DNA of 64,000 bases, from NCBI RefSeq assembly GCF_018977255.1, contig NW_024704743.1, positions 33,606,001-33,670,000 on the forward strand, read 5' to 3'. Below the pieces are notes generated by a model. It made no database searches. It had not been told where the DNA came from and saw only the letters and a program-made list of their open reading frames with translations. Below, piece by piece: positions 37,501 through 50,621 of this stretch. The DNA is from Callorhinchus milii (Eukaryota). The position numbers and the translations under genes were made by a program. Numbering within the stretch: the stretch's first letter is position 1; each line of letters opens with the position of its first letter.

Positions 37501-38131
37501 TACTACAGCCATCTAACAAAAGTCACAGCTGTTGTGCTACAGCGCAGCTAGGTTACAGCAGTGACTCATTAACTCCCCTCCCACTACAGTTGTGATGATC
37601 AAGCATAGCCTTTTACGCAGCGCTTCTCAATTTCACGCTGCAAATGTCTCGATGCGCCCACTGCCTCGGAGCAGAAGGTAGAAACAAATTTCTGCATTTG
37701 GAGGTGAATTGTTGGTGGGTGAAGCCGACTGGAATTCAAATAACTGCTTCAAACTTAAGTTGCATAACATGTCTGGTGTCCCCAGTGTTAACATCTTATG
37801 ACTGTTGGATTGGACCGCTGTATTGTCTCTGTTTTGCCTGTAGAATTTGGTCTGTGATGAATTCTATAGTATAATAAATCAGTCTGTGAACCCCCCCACC
37901 TCCCCCCCACCCCCCCACCCTGGTCTTACTCTGTAAATATATAATGAGGATATTTTGTCGCAGGCTTCATGACTAATGTAGTGTGCATGTAACTTATCTA
38001 GTCACACCAAGATTGCCATTAGGGTTTCGGTAAAGCCTAATGATGGGCGTGTAATGTTTTCATATAATCTTCACTCAGGCTATCAGTAATGATAACAGTG
38101 TTGGGAGCAATGTCAAACTGCATTCCTGAGC

Positions 38132-38425
38132 AATAATAATAATCCTTGAATTTGGTACAGTACCTTATCACATTGTGGTACGTCTCAAAACACTTCCCAG
38201 GATTTTATTATAAAGTGCGGAGATTGTGTGTGTTTTGTGGGGAGACGTGACTATCGGTTTGCTCACAGCAATCTTCCACAAACAGCCGTGAAGTGAAAGG
38301 TCAATTTAATCCGGGGGATTCAATTGATCTTTCACACCGGCAGAATTTTCCTTTTTTTAGACAGTGCCATGAAATCTTTAACATTTACCTGAACGGGCAG
38401 GTGAGACTTTGGTTTAATTCTTATC
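38132..38425 (-). mobile_element. Deu-domain SINE, 3' two-thirds
   Basis: aataataataatccttgaatttgg..cacaaacagcc..agtgccatgaaatctttaacatttacctgaacgggcag..ttggtttaa. Confidence 0.75.
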
Positions 38426-38459
38426 AATGCTGGTACCCCCACAACCAAAAAAAAGCATT

Positions 38460-38576
38460 TTGTTTTGCCCACAAAATATACAGTGAATTCACTTTACAGT
38501 ATATTCTGTGAAGCGCTTTGAGACGTCTCAACAACGTGATAAGGCGATCTTCCAAATGCAAGGATTATTATTATTT
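38460..38576 (+). mobile_element. 5'-truncated SINE tail
   Basis: gcccacaaaatatacagtgaattcactttacagtatattctgtgaagcgctttgagacgtc...aaatgcaaggattattattatt. Confidence 0.88.
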
Positions 38577-39806
38577 AGGACATGACTTTTCACATTGATT
38601 TTTGGGTAGTGAGCTTTAAGTATCGTAGAAGCACCACCTTAAAATTCAGCCCCCCCCCTCCAGGATGCAGCTATGTTAATGATTTTTGTTTCTGGGTGAT
38701 GTCCTTGGCAATGCTCCCAATTTCCAATAATGGTTCAATGTATATCATATGCTCAACTGTACACATTGAGCCATTACTAGAAATCAGAATATAAAACATT
38801 AAACAATAAAAAATGACCAATATCTTGTTGCAGAGCAGGGATTGTAATTCCTTTTTGTACTTACTGGACAGTGGATTTTAAGACTCAAAAGAAATATCGC
38901 TTGCCAGAATTAGTGTTTGGAAACCTACTACTGTATACACATAAGGGAAATGTACTAATATGCTTTATGCTGCTGGTGCCAACAGTGAAAAGTCCTTTAC
39001 AGCATTTGCTCGGGGCCAAGTTTACATTTTGGAGCCAAGAGGAAATAGGGCTTTTTTTTAATGTCTAGTAATATCATTGTCAATTCTTTGCTTGCTCTTC
39101 CATGTAAACCCAAAGCTTTTCTTTCTCAGTGCGAGTAAACCTTATTGTGTAGCTGAGGGATCTCTCTATTGTGGCTTGTGATGGATATTTTTTGTTCTCT
39201 CCCTCCCCTTCCCAGGAAGCCCTCTGGATCTCATTTGTGTCTGCAGCAACCATTTTGTGAAGAGTTTCTCTATTTGGGTAGTGGAGGATCAGTGGGTGGG
39301 GGGAATTGAAGTCGTCGTCCCCCCGTCCCCCCCTACGGTCTCTTTGATTCAGTCATTCTCTGTAAACCTGGTGGGATGATTCCACTAATGAGTGAAGCTC
39401 AGTGCCTCCTCCCGTAATGCTCCCCCCACCCCTCCGCCCCCGATAGTGAGAGGAGTGCAGAATGTATTATTTAGTTGTGGTAGGGGGAAGGGTACAGTTT
39501 TTCGGTGGGGAAGGGGAGGCTATGGGATGAACCGAGCTGTGTTTACGCTTGGACATCCGCTCCAGTCCACAGCCACACTCTGCTCCTCAACTGGGGCATT
39601 TTGTAATCATTGTTTTTGGACATTCACAATTTTTGCTGTCATTGGCTCCTTGTGAAACTTGCTGTAGTTAAATTCATTCCAATGAGTCCACACTGGCCAT
39701 TTATTTCTCTGTGACTCAAAGCTTTGCATTTTATTTTCGGATCATCTATCTCAAACGCCCACTAAATTGACGATGTTGCTGTTCCTTCAGCTCCATGCAG
39801 CCTACC

Positions 39807-40095
39807 CTGTCAGCTTGGACTCAGTTGGTAATATTCTCGCCTCTGAGTCAGAAGATTGTGGGTTTAAGTCCCACGTCGTGACTTGGAACTCACTTACTCT
39901 GCTTAGTTTGGTTGGGATATTCTTAAGCATGGTGAAGGGTTCCTTTCACATGGCTGTTTGTGGGACATTGCTTTGTGCAAATTGACTGCTGGGTTTGCCC
40001 ACAAAATAAAACTCCACTTTGCAGTATATTCTGTGAAGGGCTTTGGGACATCTTCCCAAAGTGAAAGTTGCTATATTAGATGCAAGGATTAATTT
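39807..40095 (+). mobile_element. Deu-domain SINE with internal deletion
   Basis: Head tcagcttggactcagttggtaatattctcgcctctgagtcagaagattgtgggtttaagtccca; ggctgtttgtgggacattgctttgtgcaaattg; tail gatgcaaggatt. Confidence 0.78.
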
Positions 40096-42357
40096 TAATC
40101 GATTCCATCCAGTACCTTTAAAAATAATTGCAAAATCACTGGCCTTACTATTTTGTGTGTTTCTCTTTCATCCCCGCATCTCCTTGTTGCACCTCCGCAC
40201 ACGATGCCCAGTTCTGTGCTAAGAATACAGTTCAGGTCGCAGATCCCATATCCCGACGCTTATGTTTTTAAAATGTTATTAAAGCCAAAAGAGAAGTGAA
40301 CTTGATTCAGGAGGAGGAATGAACTGCTGTTTAGGTGGACATTGAAGAGCTTGTTGCACAATTTGAAATTGTAAGCCTCTGAGTTTCGCTTCTTTGTGAA
40401 GTGGATGCTGAATTTTATTAGTACGTATACACTATAATGGCTGTGAGTGAGATTGGCTTGGAGGTACCTTGGCTCGGCCCCTGCGGTGGGAGTAGCCTCT
40501 CACTTCTGCACTCTTGAAATTACCTATTGCCACTGTGGTGAAATTAAAAAAACCCGTCCTACATAAAACTAATGAACTGTGGCACATGCTTTCATTATCA
40601 GACAGACTTGTGTAATTTGGAACATTTAATTTTTTTTGACTTTCACGGACTGTTGTGATATTTTTAGAAATGCACAACAGCTTCTTCACCGCTGGAATTT
40701 CTGAGAGATGTTGGCCAAGATAGGCTGATGCTATAGTCTTGTTTCTTCACAGTTGTGCTATAATTTGTGATATAATGTGCTGTGTTTATGGTTCTCTCAT
40801 TAATTGAAAAGTAACTAAAATACCATCCCGCACCATAGCATTAGCTGTAGCCTGCTTTCTGTATAGCTCCTGAAGACAACTTTATGGAGTGGGTCTAAGT
40901 GCTTTTACTGATATTTGACACGCCAGATAGTCACGTGACTTTAGTAATGCCTTTGCTGAGAGAGAGAGAGAGAGAGATGTGCCTAACTTTTTTTTGCTTC
41001 AGTGAAGTAGAATCAGTCGTGCTGATATCATCTTCAAAAACACTTCCAGTAGTATAGCAGGGGTGCACCCACGCACTGTCAATTAGAACTCTTCTCCGGA
41101 CCCTATTTTGGTAGGGAAAGACCCCCACCCTCCTGAGGAATAGATCTGGGGAATAGTTTTAAACTTTGAAACAATTAGAATACATTAGAATATATACAGC
41201 ACAGAAACAGGCCATTGGGGCCCAACTGCCTTTGCCCCCATGTTCACAATTCACGAGAAGGAACCCAAAGCGTCCCATTTGTTTAAATTATAACGGGGGC
41301 TGGGAATGGTGGCGGTGGTCGAGGAGGAGGAAAGGCAGTGAAGCAGTGATTGATGCAAAAATGTTACAACTCCAGGTATATGCCGACTTATGCTCATTTG
41401 AGTAAAGCATCAGTTTTGGAGAAGTAGGTTGGTTACAGGGTTACAGATTACAAGCCCATTTTGCGTAACAGGTATTACTGAATAACTCAGTATGCCCTCC
41501 TTTGTATTGATCCATTTGATTAGTAGGACAGCTTCTCAACACCAACTCCTTTTCTCCATCCCCTCCTCCACCCACCCCTCCAAGCCCTGGGAGAATTGGT
41601 GGCAATTCAGACTGTTTGTGTTCCCGTCTGCTGACGGCTGGCATGAGACTGACAATGATAGAGTTGTATCCACAGGGAGTGGAACGGTGGTGGTGGTGGT
41701 TGAGAAGGAGTGGGAGGGCGAAACTACAACAGACCTAAGCGATCAAAGAATAAAATTAGGAACACTGCTAATATTCTGGTGCAGAAGAGAGAATGTGCGG
41801 CACTTTGCAATGATAGAGGTAACTGCTATACAGCCATTACTGGAAGCTTTCAAGAGATTTCATCTTTTGGCCATAATTGCAGTTTTCTGCCTGGGAAAGA
41901 TTGCAATGAGCAGTTTTTTTTCTTCTTGCTTCAAGCTTACGGTCAGCATTGTGAGAGGAGATTTTCAAATGGCCATAAGAAACAGGAAAACCCATTTAAA
42001 AGCCGAGCTGTAACAGGGCTTTGAAACTTCAGCCGTCCTTCACATTCAAGCTTTGAAGCTTTGTCTGCCATTAATCCCAGCTGTCAAGGCGGGAGTGGAG
42101 CGAGCACAGGGTCAGTTTGGGAATCTTCATTACAGTGGTTCATTTTTAGGCTACACAGGCTAGAAGTTTATTTTTGTTGCAAATGTCAGTGCAGGTGCAT
42201 GTACTAGAAAACCTGATGTGAAACATATGAAGACCTCAAGGGTCAGCTCTTTTTTAATGGCAATTTTGAGGGAGACATTCTCTTCCTCTGGTAATACTTC
42301 ACTCTCAACATCTCCACACACTATACATGAACTTGGATGCCTTTTTAAATGAATAGC

Positions 42358-42447
42358 AATTAATTTACAGTATATTCTGTGAAGTGCTTTGAAATGTCTC
42401 AAAGTTGTGATAAGGTGCTATATCAAATGCAAGGATTATTATTATTA
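42358..42447 (+). mobile_element. SINE tail, abutting a third-family SINE remnant (42451-42562)
   Basis: tttacagtatattctgtgaagtgctttga...tcaaatgcaaggattattattatt, followed by ctacaattagcctcag..ggttcctcctcccgatc. Confidence 0.8.
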
Positions 42448-43581
42448 CTCTGGCTACAATTAGCCTCAGAGCCTCTGGGTTGAGCAGGAGGGTAAGAGAG
42501 AGAAAGAAAAAAATATTACTGGTTCCTCCTCCCGATCTCCATGTAGATACCTCTACTGGAACACAAGTTCAACAGAAATGCAAACCAGTTAAACACCCCA
42601 TTCACTAGGTTTCAGGAAAGCTGTTTTTATTCTGTTTCAAGCTCCATTTCCATCTTTCTGCAAAATTGATGCCAGTGGTTAGTTAGTGATAAACAAGCTT
42701 TGCACCACAGCGTACTGCATTGCTGGCCTAGCTATTGCTCCTCGATAGGGGTAATGTAATAGAAGGTTGATGGTTTTATTTCCCAGAATGTGGTTCAGAA
42801 GATTTGAGGGGAGGGAGAATTTGCTGAAGACGAGGCTGAAGACGAGGTACTATCTGTTACTAGTGCTGTAGATTTCAGTACCTCGATCTGATTGGTACAG
42901 CATTGTGCATAGTGAGACTGCCCCTGAATTCGAAATAAAGAAAAATCCAAGTGGAAACAAGATGTTCTTTCAACTTCTTCCAATGCAAAAAAAAAAAAAT
43001 CTGAGCCAGCATTGTTCTGCTTTCCAACTTTTCTTGTATCTAAAATGTTTGCAGTAAATGTGGTGTGGAAACCATTGAATCATTGTTCAACCTAATTTTG
43101 TCATCTGTGTTCCTCGATGAATCAAATGGTAAACCCAAACTGTTCCCAGATTGTTAATTTGACCAGAACGTTTGCCATGGGACTGTAGAATGGAAACGAA
43201 AGAATATGCACAGATGGGAATGCATGTTTTCTCCTACATTACCCCCACCCCCTCTCGTTCTACCGTGTCTAACTAAAGCCAAATGGCTGTACTCAATTCT
43301 CTGTGTAGTTTGCTGTAATGTAAAGGAACAAGTTAGTGAGACTCAAAAGGCTTAACAATTCTTTGGTATTTTGAACGTGTTGGACTCCAGGCTGCAGCTC
43401 GGACCAGATGTGGATTCAAAGCGGAAAGGTTTAAGAGCTGGAAGCAATCGAGCCGTTTTTTTTCAAAACAAAACTTCACAAGTAACCATCTGGAAATTGA
43501 TGGCAGATTTTTAGTCTTCAACTTGGCTTTTAGTCTTCATAGCCCCTTCATTCGTAGCAGCAACTGCACTTTTTGCACTAC

Positions 43582-43882
43582 GTGGAGTCCTGTAGCTCAG
43601 TGGTTAAAGCACTCGCTTTGCAAGCGAGAGACCTGGTTGATTCCCGGCAGGGTGAAACCTTGGGCAAGTTTCCTTACTCCACACGCCTGATAATAATCCC
43701 TCAAAAAAAATAATAAATTGGTCATTTCAATCCATGACTGTTTGTGGGACACTGCTGTGTGCAATTGGCTGCTGCATTTCGCCCACAAATATTCAGTCAA
43801 TTCACTTTACATTCTATGAAGCACTTTGAGAAGTCTAGAAGATGTGAAAAGTGCTATATCAAATGCAAGGATTATTATTATT
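43582..43882 (+). mobile_element. Full-length young tRNA(Ala)-derived SINE
   Basis: Same head/body/tail as 10054 and 51543. Confidence 0.92.
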
Positions 43883-44221
43883 TTTCCGGAGTGTGGCATG
43901 TGCCGTGTGCAACCATTGATGTCCTCGCCCTGGTAATAGTCTGTTGGGTTAGCCACTTGATCGGAGGCAGACAATGGGGGTGGGTGGGGTGGGGGAAGCT
44001 CTGTTGGTGGTCTGAATAAACTGGTCACATTTATGTTGTAAACTGCACTTTTTTCTAGTCACCTTTTTAATTTCTTGTAGTTCAGGATTGCGAGCAGCAC
44101 AACTCCTATAGTTAACTTAATTAAGCCAAAGGCTTGTTTTCTCATGAGGCTTTTTTTTGGAAACATTGGAGAATAACATTCAAGCAGCTTTGTTTGTTTG
44201 ATTGCTAACAGGAATCTTGTC

Positions 44222-44247
44222 TGTGTGTGTGTGTGTGTGTGTGTGTG
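44222..44247. repeat. (TG)n microsatellite
   Basis: Direct reading. Confidence 0.95.
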
Positions 44248-46401
44248 GTGGAGGGGATTTTTGACCCTCTTTGAAATGTACTGAAGCCTACGTTCCCACC
44301 AGAAGTAAACCAAATGACTGCTGAGAAAAGGGCTGTGTAAAGTGACTATAAGCTCCCTGAGATACTCTTTTCAATGCTGGATCAAGAACCTATTCCTGCT
44401 ATATTAGCAGGAAGCCTGTCATGATCTTAATATCTTTTAACAGCTTGCCACTTTCCTGACGTCATTAAGACACATATTAGGCAGTAAATTTACCAACTAT
44501 GCCATCAGTGGACTTTTAAGGCTGTGCTGGGAGTGCAACATGTTAAAAATATATTGTAAGTTGAGGGGCTTCCTGGTAATGTTGGTGTGAATGAGAATTC
44601 TTCATCCCAGGATGAGTTTGTCTAATAGTGGCCTGAAAATAAGTGTACAAAGCCAAACCACTACACCAACAACATACAGTGCCTTTCATGCAGGAAAAGC
44701 GGCCTGGAATACCTTGGGTCTACCATTGGTGATAGATCCCAATTAGTCCAGAATTGCCATTGTTGAAAAAGGATATTTTAAATCTAAGACACTCGTTTGT
44801 GTGTTGAATTTATTTTTCTGCTCAGCCATGTGTCTTAACATATGGGCATGCTTAATTAAGAGTATCCAGATCAAACCGAGTTCCACAAATTCCACCTAAA
44901 CATGGAAATTCCCAGGATATTTATGAAAGGGAATGAAACTTTCTTCCTAATTCTGGAAAGTATTAGGTGCCGGTTAGCAAGAGGCAAAGCTTAGGGAGTT
45001 GGGGTACTACTGGACTCTAATCAGCTAAAACCGCATAGCTTGCCGTTAAGAGCACGATCTGGCAATCTTTTCCACTGCTTGTCCAGCCAGGAACACCCTA
45101 CTGTTAGGGTTTTGGCTTGCAGGGTTACTGGGAGCTGAGTGGGAAGAGTCCCTGCCTTCATCCAGTGACTAGTCTGCCTTTCCAAATCCTGCCCATGTGT
45201 CATGCTGCCTGAGTTGTCATTCACAATGCACTAGAGTACTGTGGATCCATCTGGATCATGAAGTTATGAAAAGCTGAGGGAATTTCTTCCAAAGTTCTGG
45301 CTAACAATCCCCCGGATAAAATTGGTCATTCATTTCATGGCTGTTTGCTGGATATTGCTTTGTGCAAATTGGCTGCCATGTTTGCCTACAATTACACAAT
45401 TATTTGAGTGTTCACTGTTATTCAAGGCTGCATTTAGTGATAAAAACGAATGAATGGGTTCTGGAGAGCCTTGTCATCAGCTCTTATTGAGAATGTTCCA
45501 CAGGAAATGTGTCAAAAACAATGAATTCATTGTCATGGCTTTCTCTGCCCATTTGTAATCACAAAATGGTCCACCTCTTGATAATACTCTGATCACGTAT
45601 TCCTTCCTTAACAGACCCTGGGACACTTTTCAACTTGTTCATGCTCTGAAACACCCAAGTGTGTCTGTGTGTAAGAAGTAGTGTATCCTTCTCAACTATA
45701 TATTATTGATATGTATATATGTATATACAATTATTCTGGGATTTTCATAACCTAGAGGAGCAGTTTCCTCTTTATTCACTAGATTTATTTCCAAGCTATG
45801 CCAACAGGGAGCTGTCGTGTGGTGGAAAATGCTTGAAGGCTGTCTTGTATTTCCCCTCGATGCTGCTATCAGAATTTCTCCATAACCAATGCTTTGGCTG
45901 ATCCTTGAAGCTGTATCTCTGCAGGTTCATGCTCGTAAACGCCAACCTGCAACTTCATTAGATTTTTATAGGTGACAATTCATGTATTGAACGGTCAAAG
46001 TGCTCATTGCAAGAACTTTGATTTCCGTTCACTTACTTAACTTAATGCACCCTGGCTCGGTGGCTTATGCAAGGCAGTGGGTGGTGGAGAAAATCGCCAG
46101 TACTGAATAGAACAAACGTATGTCTCCACTGTGCATTTTAATTGAGTTTCAGGACCTTTAACTTTGAAAATCGTTCCAAAGGTCACGAGAGAGATTTGGG
46201 TGAAGAAGGCACATTTGATCTCATCCTTTCATAATATCAACCCTACCGCCCTCCCATTACAGCATCAAGGGGTTTGTTTTTAAATGACTACTGAGATTTT
46301 TATGGGGGAGGGGATGAAGTTGATAGAAAGATGAGAAATTGAGGGTTGTGGAGAAATTGAATGTTTTGGTCAAATTCTATAGGAATTCCAGAAATATTAT
46401 A

Positions 46402-47020
46402 CAGTGGAAACCGCTGTATGTTGGACACCGCTTTACCTTCGGTGACCGGTAAATCAAGACAAAATGCCCGGGTTTGATTCATTTATATTGCTACGTGTGT
46501 TAAATATGCAAAATGTTGCGCTGGTTGCCCCTGAATGTACTCACTCGGGCCTTCTGTGTATTGAGCGGCTCCACTCAGCCACGAGCAGCTCTGTGATGGA
46601 GACGGGAGGAGTCTAATTGTGATTGATTGACAGCAGACTCCAGCCATTCACAAGCGGCTTTGGGCTGTCAGTGAGGGGACGGAGGAACTGGGAAGAAACA
46701 AAGGAGGGAATGGGTGGAGTCAAATTCATTGATTGACAGCTGGAGCCATTGGTGTTTGGCTGGAGCACATCCTTTCACAAGAGGCTCAGGATATCAATCA
46801 TCACGGGTATGATTTATATCTTAGAACCTCTTGTCCAATTTTCCAGCAAAGGGATTAGTAAACACTCATCTCAGCCGCCGCTAATTGGTCCCCTTCCCAT
46901 CCAATGCCGCCTCTCCTCTGTTGGTGAGAAGAGGTAAGGGAACTTCGGTTAATCTTGGATACCGCGTAAGTTGGACAAAACAGCTGTTCCTGACTTGTCC
47001 GTCTTAAGCGGCTTCCGCTA
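46402..47020. mobile_element. Non-autonomous Tc1/mariner-superfamily (Tigger/pogo-like) DNA transposon
   Basis: TA|cagtggaaaccgctgtatgttggaca at left; tgtccgtcttaagcggcttccgcta|TA at right (imperfect TIRs, TA flanks); ttggacaccgc / ttggataccgc subterminal repeats; locally elevated CpG. Confidence 0.65.
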
Positions 47021-47129
47021 TACTGATGTTCGTGATGTCTGGAGTGGCCCAGAAATTCCTGAGATGTGGCCTTTGCTCGGCAGTTTTCAACCTCTGATCT
47101 ACACTAAGATAGATGACATCTATAAATAT

Positions 47130-47261
47130 AATAATAATAATCCTTGCATTTGATATAGCGCTTTTCACGTCTTCTAGACGTCTCAAAGCACTTCACAGAA
47201 TATATTGTAAAGGGAATTGAGTGTATATTTGTGGGCGAAATGCGGCAGCCAATTGCGCACA
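47130..47261 (-). mobile_element. 5'-truncated young SINE
   Basis: aataataataatccttgcatttgatatagcgcttttcacgtcttctagacgtctc..gcagccaattgcgcaca. Confidence 0.9.
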
Positions 47262-49179
47262 TCTGCCTGAAATGTACCCAGCTGAAAAACGGAGTCTGTT
47301 TGCAGTATTGCCAATCGATGTTTGCTATTTCCAGTAGAAACAATCTGATTTGTTCCTCTCAACTAGAATTGTCAGTAAATTCCAGTGTATGGTAGAAAAA
47401 GTGATGCTCGATTCTCTCCAGGTTAAGATCATTATTGTTAAGAACTGCAAAGGTTAATCTGTGACCAGACTCGTTTTTTCTGCGTGGCTTATTTTTCTGT
47501 AAAGGTTTATCTTTGTGCAACCTGTACTGCAGTACTTTAAGGCTCTTGCTGGTACGTGGTTTGACCTCCATGTGTCAGCTGTGCAACCCTGGGGACAACA
47601 ATGCTTGTAAGTGTATTAGTGTTTGAGCTGTCGTTTAAGTGTAATCACTCCACAGCAGCCCAGCTTCATGGTTGCATTGCAAAACAGGGCTGAATTGGGG
47701 CATAATTTAATGTGTAGCTCTGTTGAGGCATTACTTTTACTGAGACATCTGGTGTGCCTGAGACTTTTTTCTAATTGATCCGGCTGCAATATTATGTTTG
47801 CCACTTTCAGTAGTAATCTATTTGTTCTTTTAACTCTGGCATTAAAACCAAGAGTACGTGGATGTTGCTGGTACCTGTGTTGTGTGCAGGGTGGGTGGGG
47901 TGGTGGAGTATCACTGGTGTCAATATGTGGGCGTGGGGTGTGTGCTGGTGCCTGTATGTTGGGGGAGGGTATGTGTATATGAGGGGGAGGAGGTGGTTGT
48001 GCTGCTGATCAGGATCCAGCTAGAAAGGAAGAAGCTAGAACTGGCTTTAGTTGCCGCTGTGTTAAGGAAGGTGAAACATCAGCTTTTGCTGTATAGCATT
48101 CCCCTTGCTGGAAAATTGGACAACAATTAAAGATTCACTTTACATCAGCGGTATTCTGTAAAAGCTCATTTCAGGGTTGTTGGTGTAGTTTTTACCACTG
48201 TGATGCATTTAACGTAAATGGGGGTGGGGGGGGAGAAGAAACCAGTGGTTTTGTGCCTTTAGGTGCAATTCAGCGGGATGTTATTTCAAAATGAATAATT
48301 AATTTATAACCAAGTACTTGATTGTACGGATCAATGCTGGGTTAGTTACCTGCTCAAACAAGTGAATCTCTCAGATTACACCTTGCATAGTGTGGTGATT
48401 ACAGTGAGGGAGGTTTGAGGAATCTGTTTACTAAACTGGGCAAGTCATCTTTTCCACCCCCCTCAGCTCCCACCCCCAGCTCATATGCCAAGCCAGTTGT
48501 GCTAAGCGCTTTGGGTCATCATCCTGACATGAAAGGCACTATATTAATATTCTATACGGATGGTTGAGTATGAAGTGGGATGGAAGAAGAGATTGCTGTC
48601 AAACTTGTTCCAGGCCCATCTTCAGTAGTAAACGGCTACATCTCCAGATGAAACCTGAGCAGAAGTAATAATTGAAGGCAGTAGAGCATCGATCCTCATC
48701 AAGATACACTTCTGATTTATACCAAAATATTCCTTTGATATCTGATTCTCAAAATCCTGAATGTCTTTGTATTCACAATGGAAACTGAAGCTTTTATTAC
48801 CCCATATGCATTTGATGTGGATCTGAAATGCTGTACCAGGAAGTGTACACTAGTCTGCTTGTGTCTTTCTCTTGGTTAGATCTGGAAGCTTTGGTCTGTT
48901 CCAGATATAGGCTTTAGTTCCGGTTGTCTCACTGACAGCGCCCAGCATTAGATCTTAGAGCAATGAAGAAACGACTTTGCAAATTCTCTATGTGTTGGAG
49001 TTTATTAAAAGACACTCCTTCCAGTTAATAGGTTGAACTAGCTTTTGCTACATACTGTATGTGTTACTGCTTCTCAGAAGCAGAAACCCAGCACATTTGA
49101 AAGCCCGCAAACTTCCCAGAAGTGAATGGTAGATGTGGAAGCAACACCTAGTGAGGAATAATGTATATCCTATTTTGTA

Positions 49180-49441
49180 CTCTGATAACACATGCCTGCT
49201 GGTGTCCCCCGAGCCCTCCACACCACTATGCCTTCAGCCACTACACACCTAAACTCTGAAACTCCCTGCTCAATCCCTCTGCCTCACCCCCTCTTTATCT
49301 TTAAATCCCACCTTAAGACCTACCCTTTTGCTCGTGGACACTTTCCCTTCACCCTTGCTCAGATTCCAACCCTGCCACTGTGCAGCGCTCTTGGACACTA
49401 TCCTGCATGAAGAACGCTATATAAATGTAAATTGTTCTTGT
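49180..49441 (+). mobile_element. L2-like LINE 3' end
   Basis: gccttcagccactac..ctctgaaactccctg..tttaaatcccaccttaagacctac (~AFSHY..LWNSL..FKSHLKTY); tail gctatataaatgtaaattgttcttgt. Confidence 0.75.
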
Positions 49442-50621
49442 CCTGACCAGCAACCCTCCATGTAAATTGACCATTCACTTCATAGCTGTTTCCTCCTGTT
49501 TGCAAATTGGCTACCATGTTTATCTACAAATTACATTCACTACATTTGACAGCAAATGTTTTTTGAAACATTTCAATGTTCTAGTCACTGTATTAAATGC
49601 AAAGATTACTATTATATTTACGTACAAGGCTTCCTTATTCACAGGTTTATTCATTTGTTTTAGCAAATATTTTGTTTTTTTTGCTCTGCCCTGTGGTTGA
49701 GTGGTGGCTTTTTGAGCTCTCCATGTTCTTGCTTGTTTACCTGCTCAAAGAAAATTGAAAACTCCTCCAAGAATGGGCAATTTGTGTGTTCTTTTAAAAT
49801 GTAATGGCTGGAACAATCACAATAAAACAAGGTTTAATCAAGTGAATTAAATCTTGATTTACATATGCAGATTGAGTTAATCACAAGTAATCCAAGTACT
49901 GCAGCTCAAATTGCTGAATCTAGTTTTGTAGAAACCAGAGAGAATATTACTCATCATGTTGTGAACGCTGAGGAGAAGGGAGTCTGGGAAAACAGTATTG
50001 GGCTATAATCTATGAAGGTGAAATTTACATACAGATGAATGTATTGAGGGCTCCCAACTTCTGTCAAGGAAAGATTTTATCCGAGGTTGTTAAATGGCCT
50101 GCAGTGAACAAAGATCAAACCTGCAACTGGAGGGATTGTATATTAATTAAGTCTGTTCACACATGTCTTGCTCATACTTATTGGCCACTGATGGATTTCA
50201 GTGTGAGGGCAGATTAGAAGCCATTGACAGTGATTGATGCCTGGATTGAGCTCCTAATTTGCTGATCAGTCAAATGAGGAGCTGGATTGGAATTTATCTT
50301 AATGACTTTAAAGGCTTTAAAGACTGAGCATGATCTTCTGCTACCTCGAGTTTCTAACTGGATGCATTTGAGAGTGCCACATACTTAGATATGTGCAGAG
50401 CTATTGCTATCAGCAATAAGGGAATTGTTTTATTCATGAGCCATATTTGATTTCAGGATCTAATTTTTTTTTCATTTTTAAAAAAAAAAAAATTTGGTCA
50501 GCCAGGTGGTATCTGATAACCCATCACCATGCTTAAGAATTTCCAAACCAAACTACTGAAGAGTAGTACATGTGTATGGAAACTTCCGTTTGTCTGTTAT
50601 GGAGTGTGCATTAAAATAAAT

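Noticed and set aside
39185..39280. Cryptic exon after ttctctccctccccttcccag
   Set aside because: Good acceptor but weak donor and no JARID2-like coding; unsupported without RNA data.
41492..42013. Longest ORF (173 aa); likewise 4932-5450, 34939-35373, 56630-57061
   Set aside because: No recognisable domain, low-complexity or hydrophobic intronic composition, no convincing splice context.
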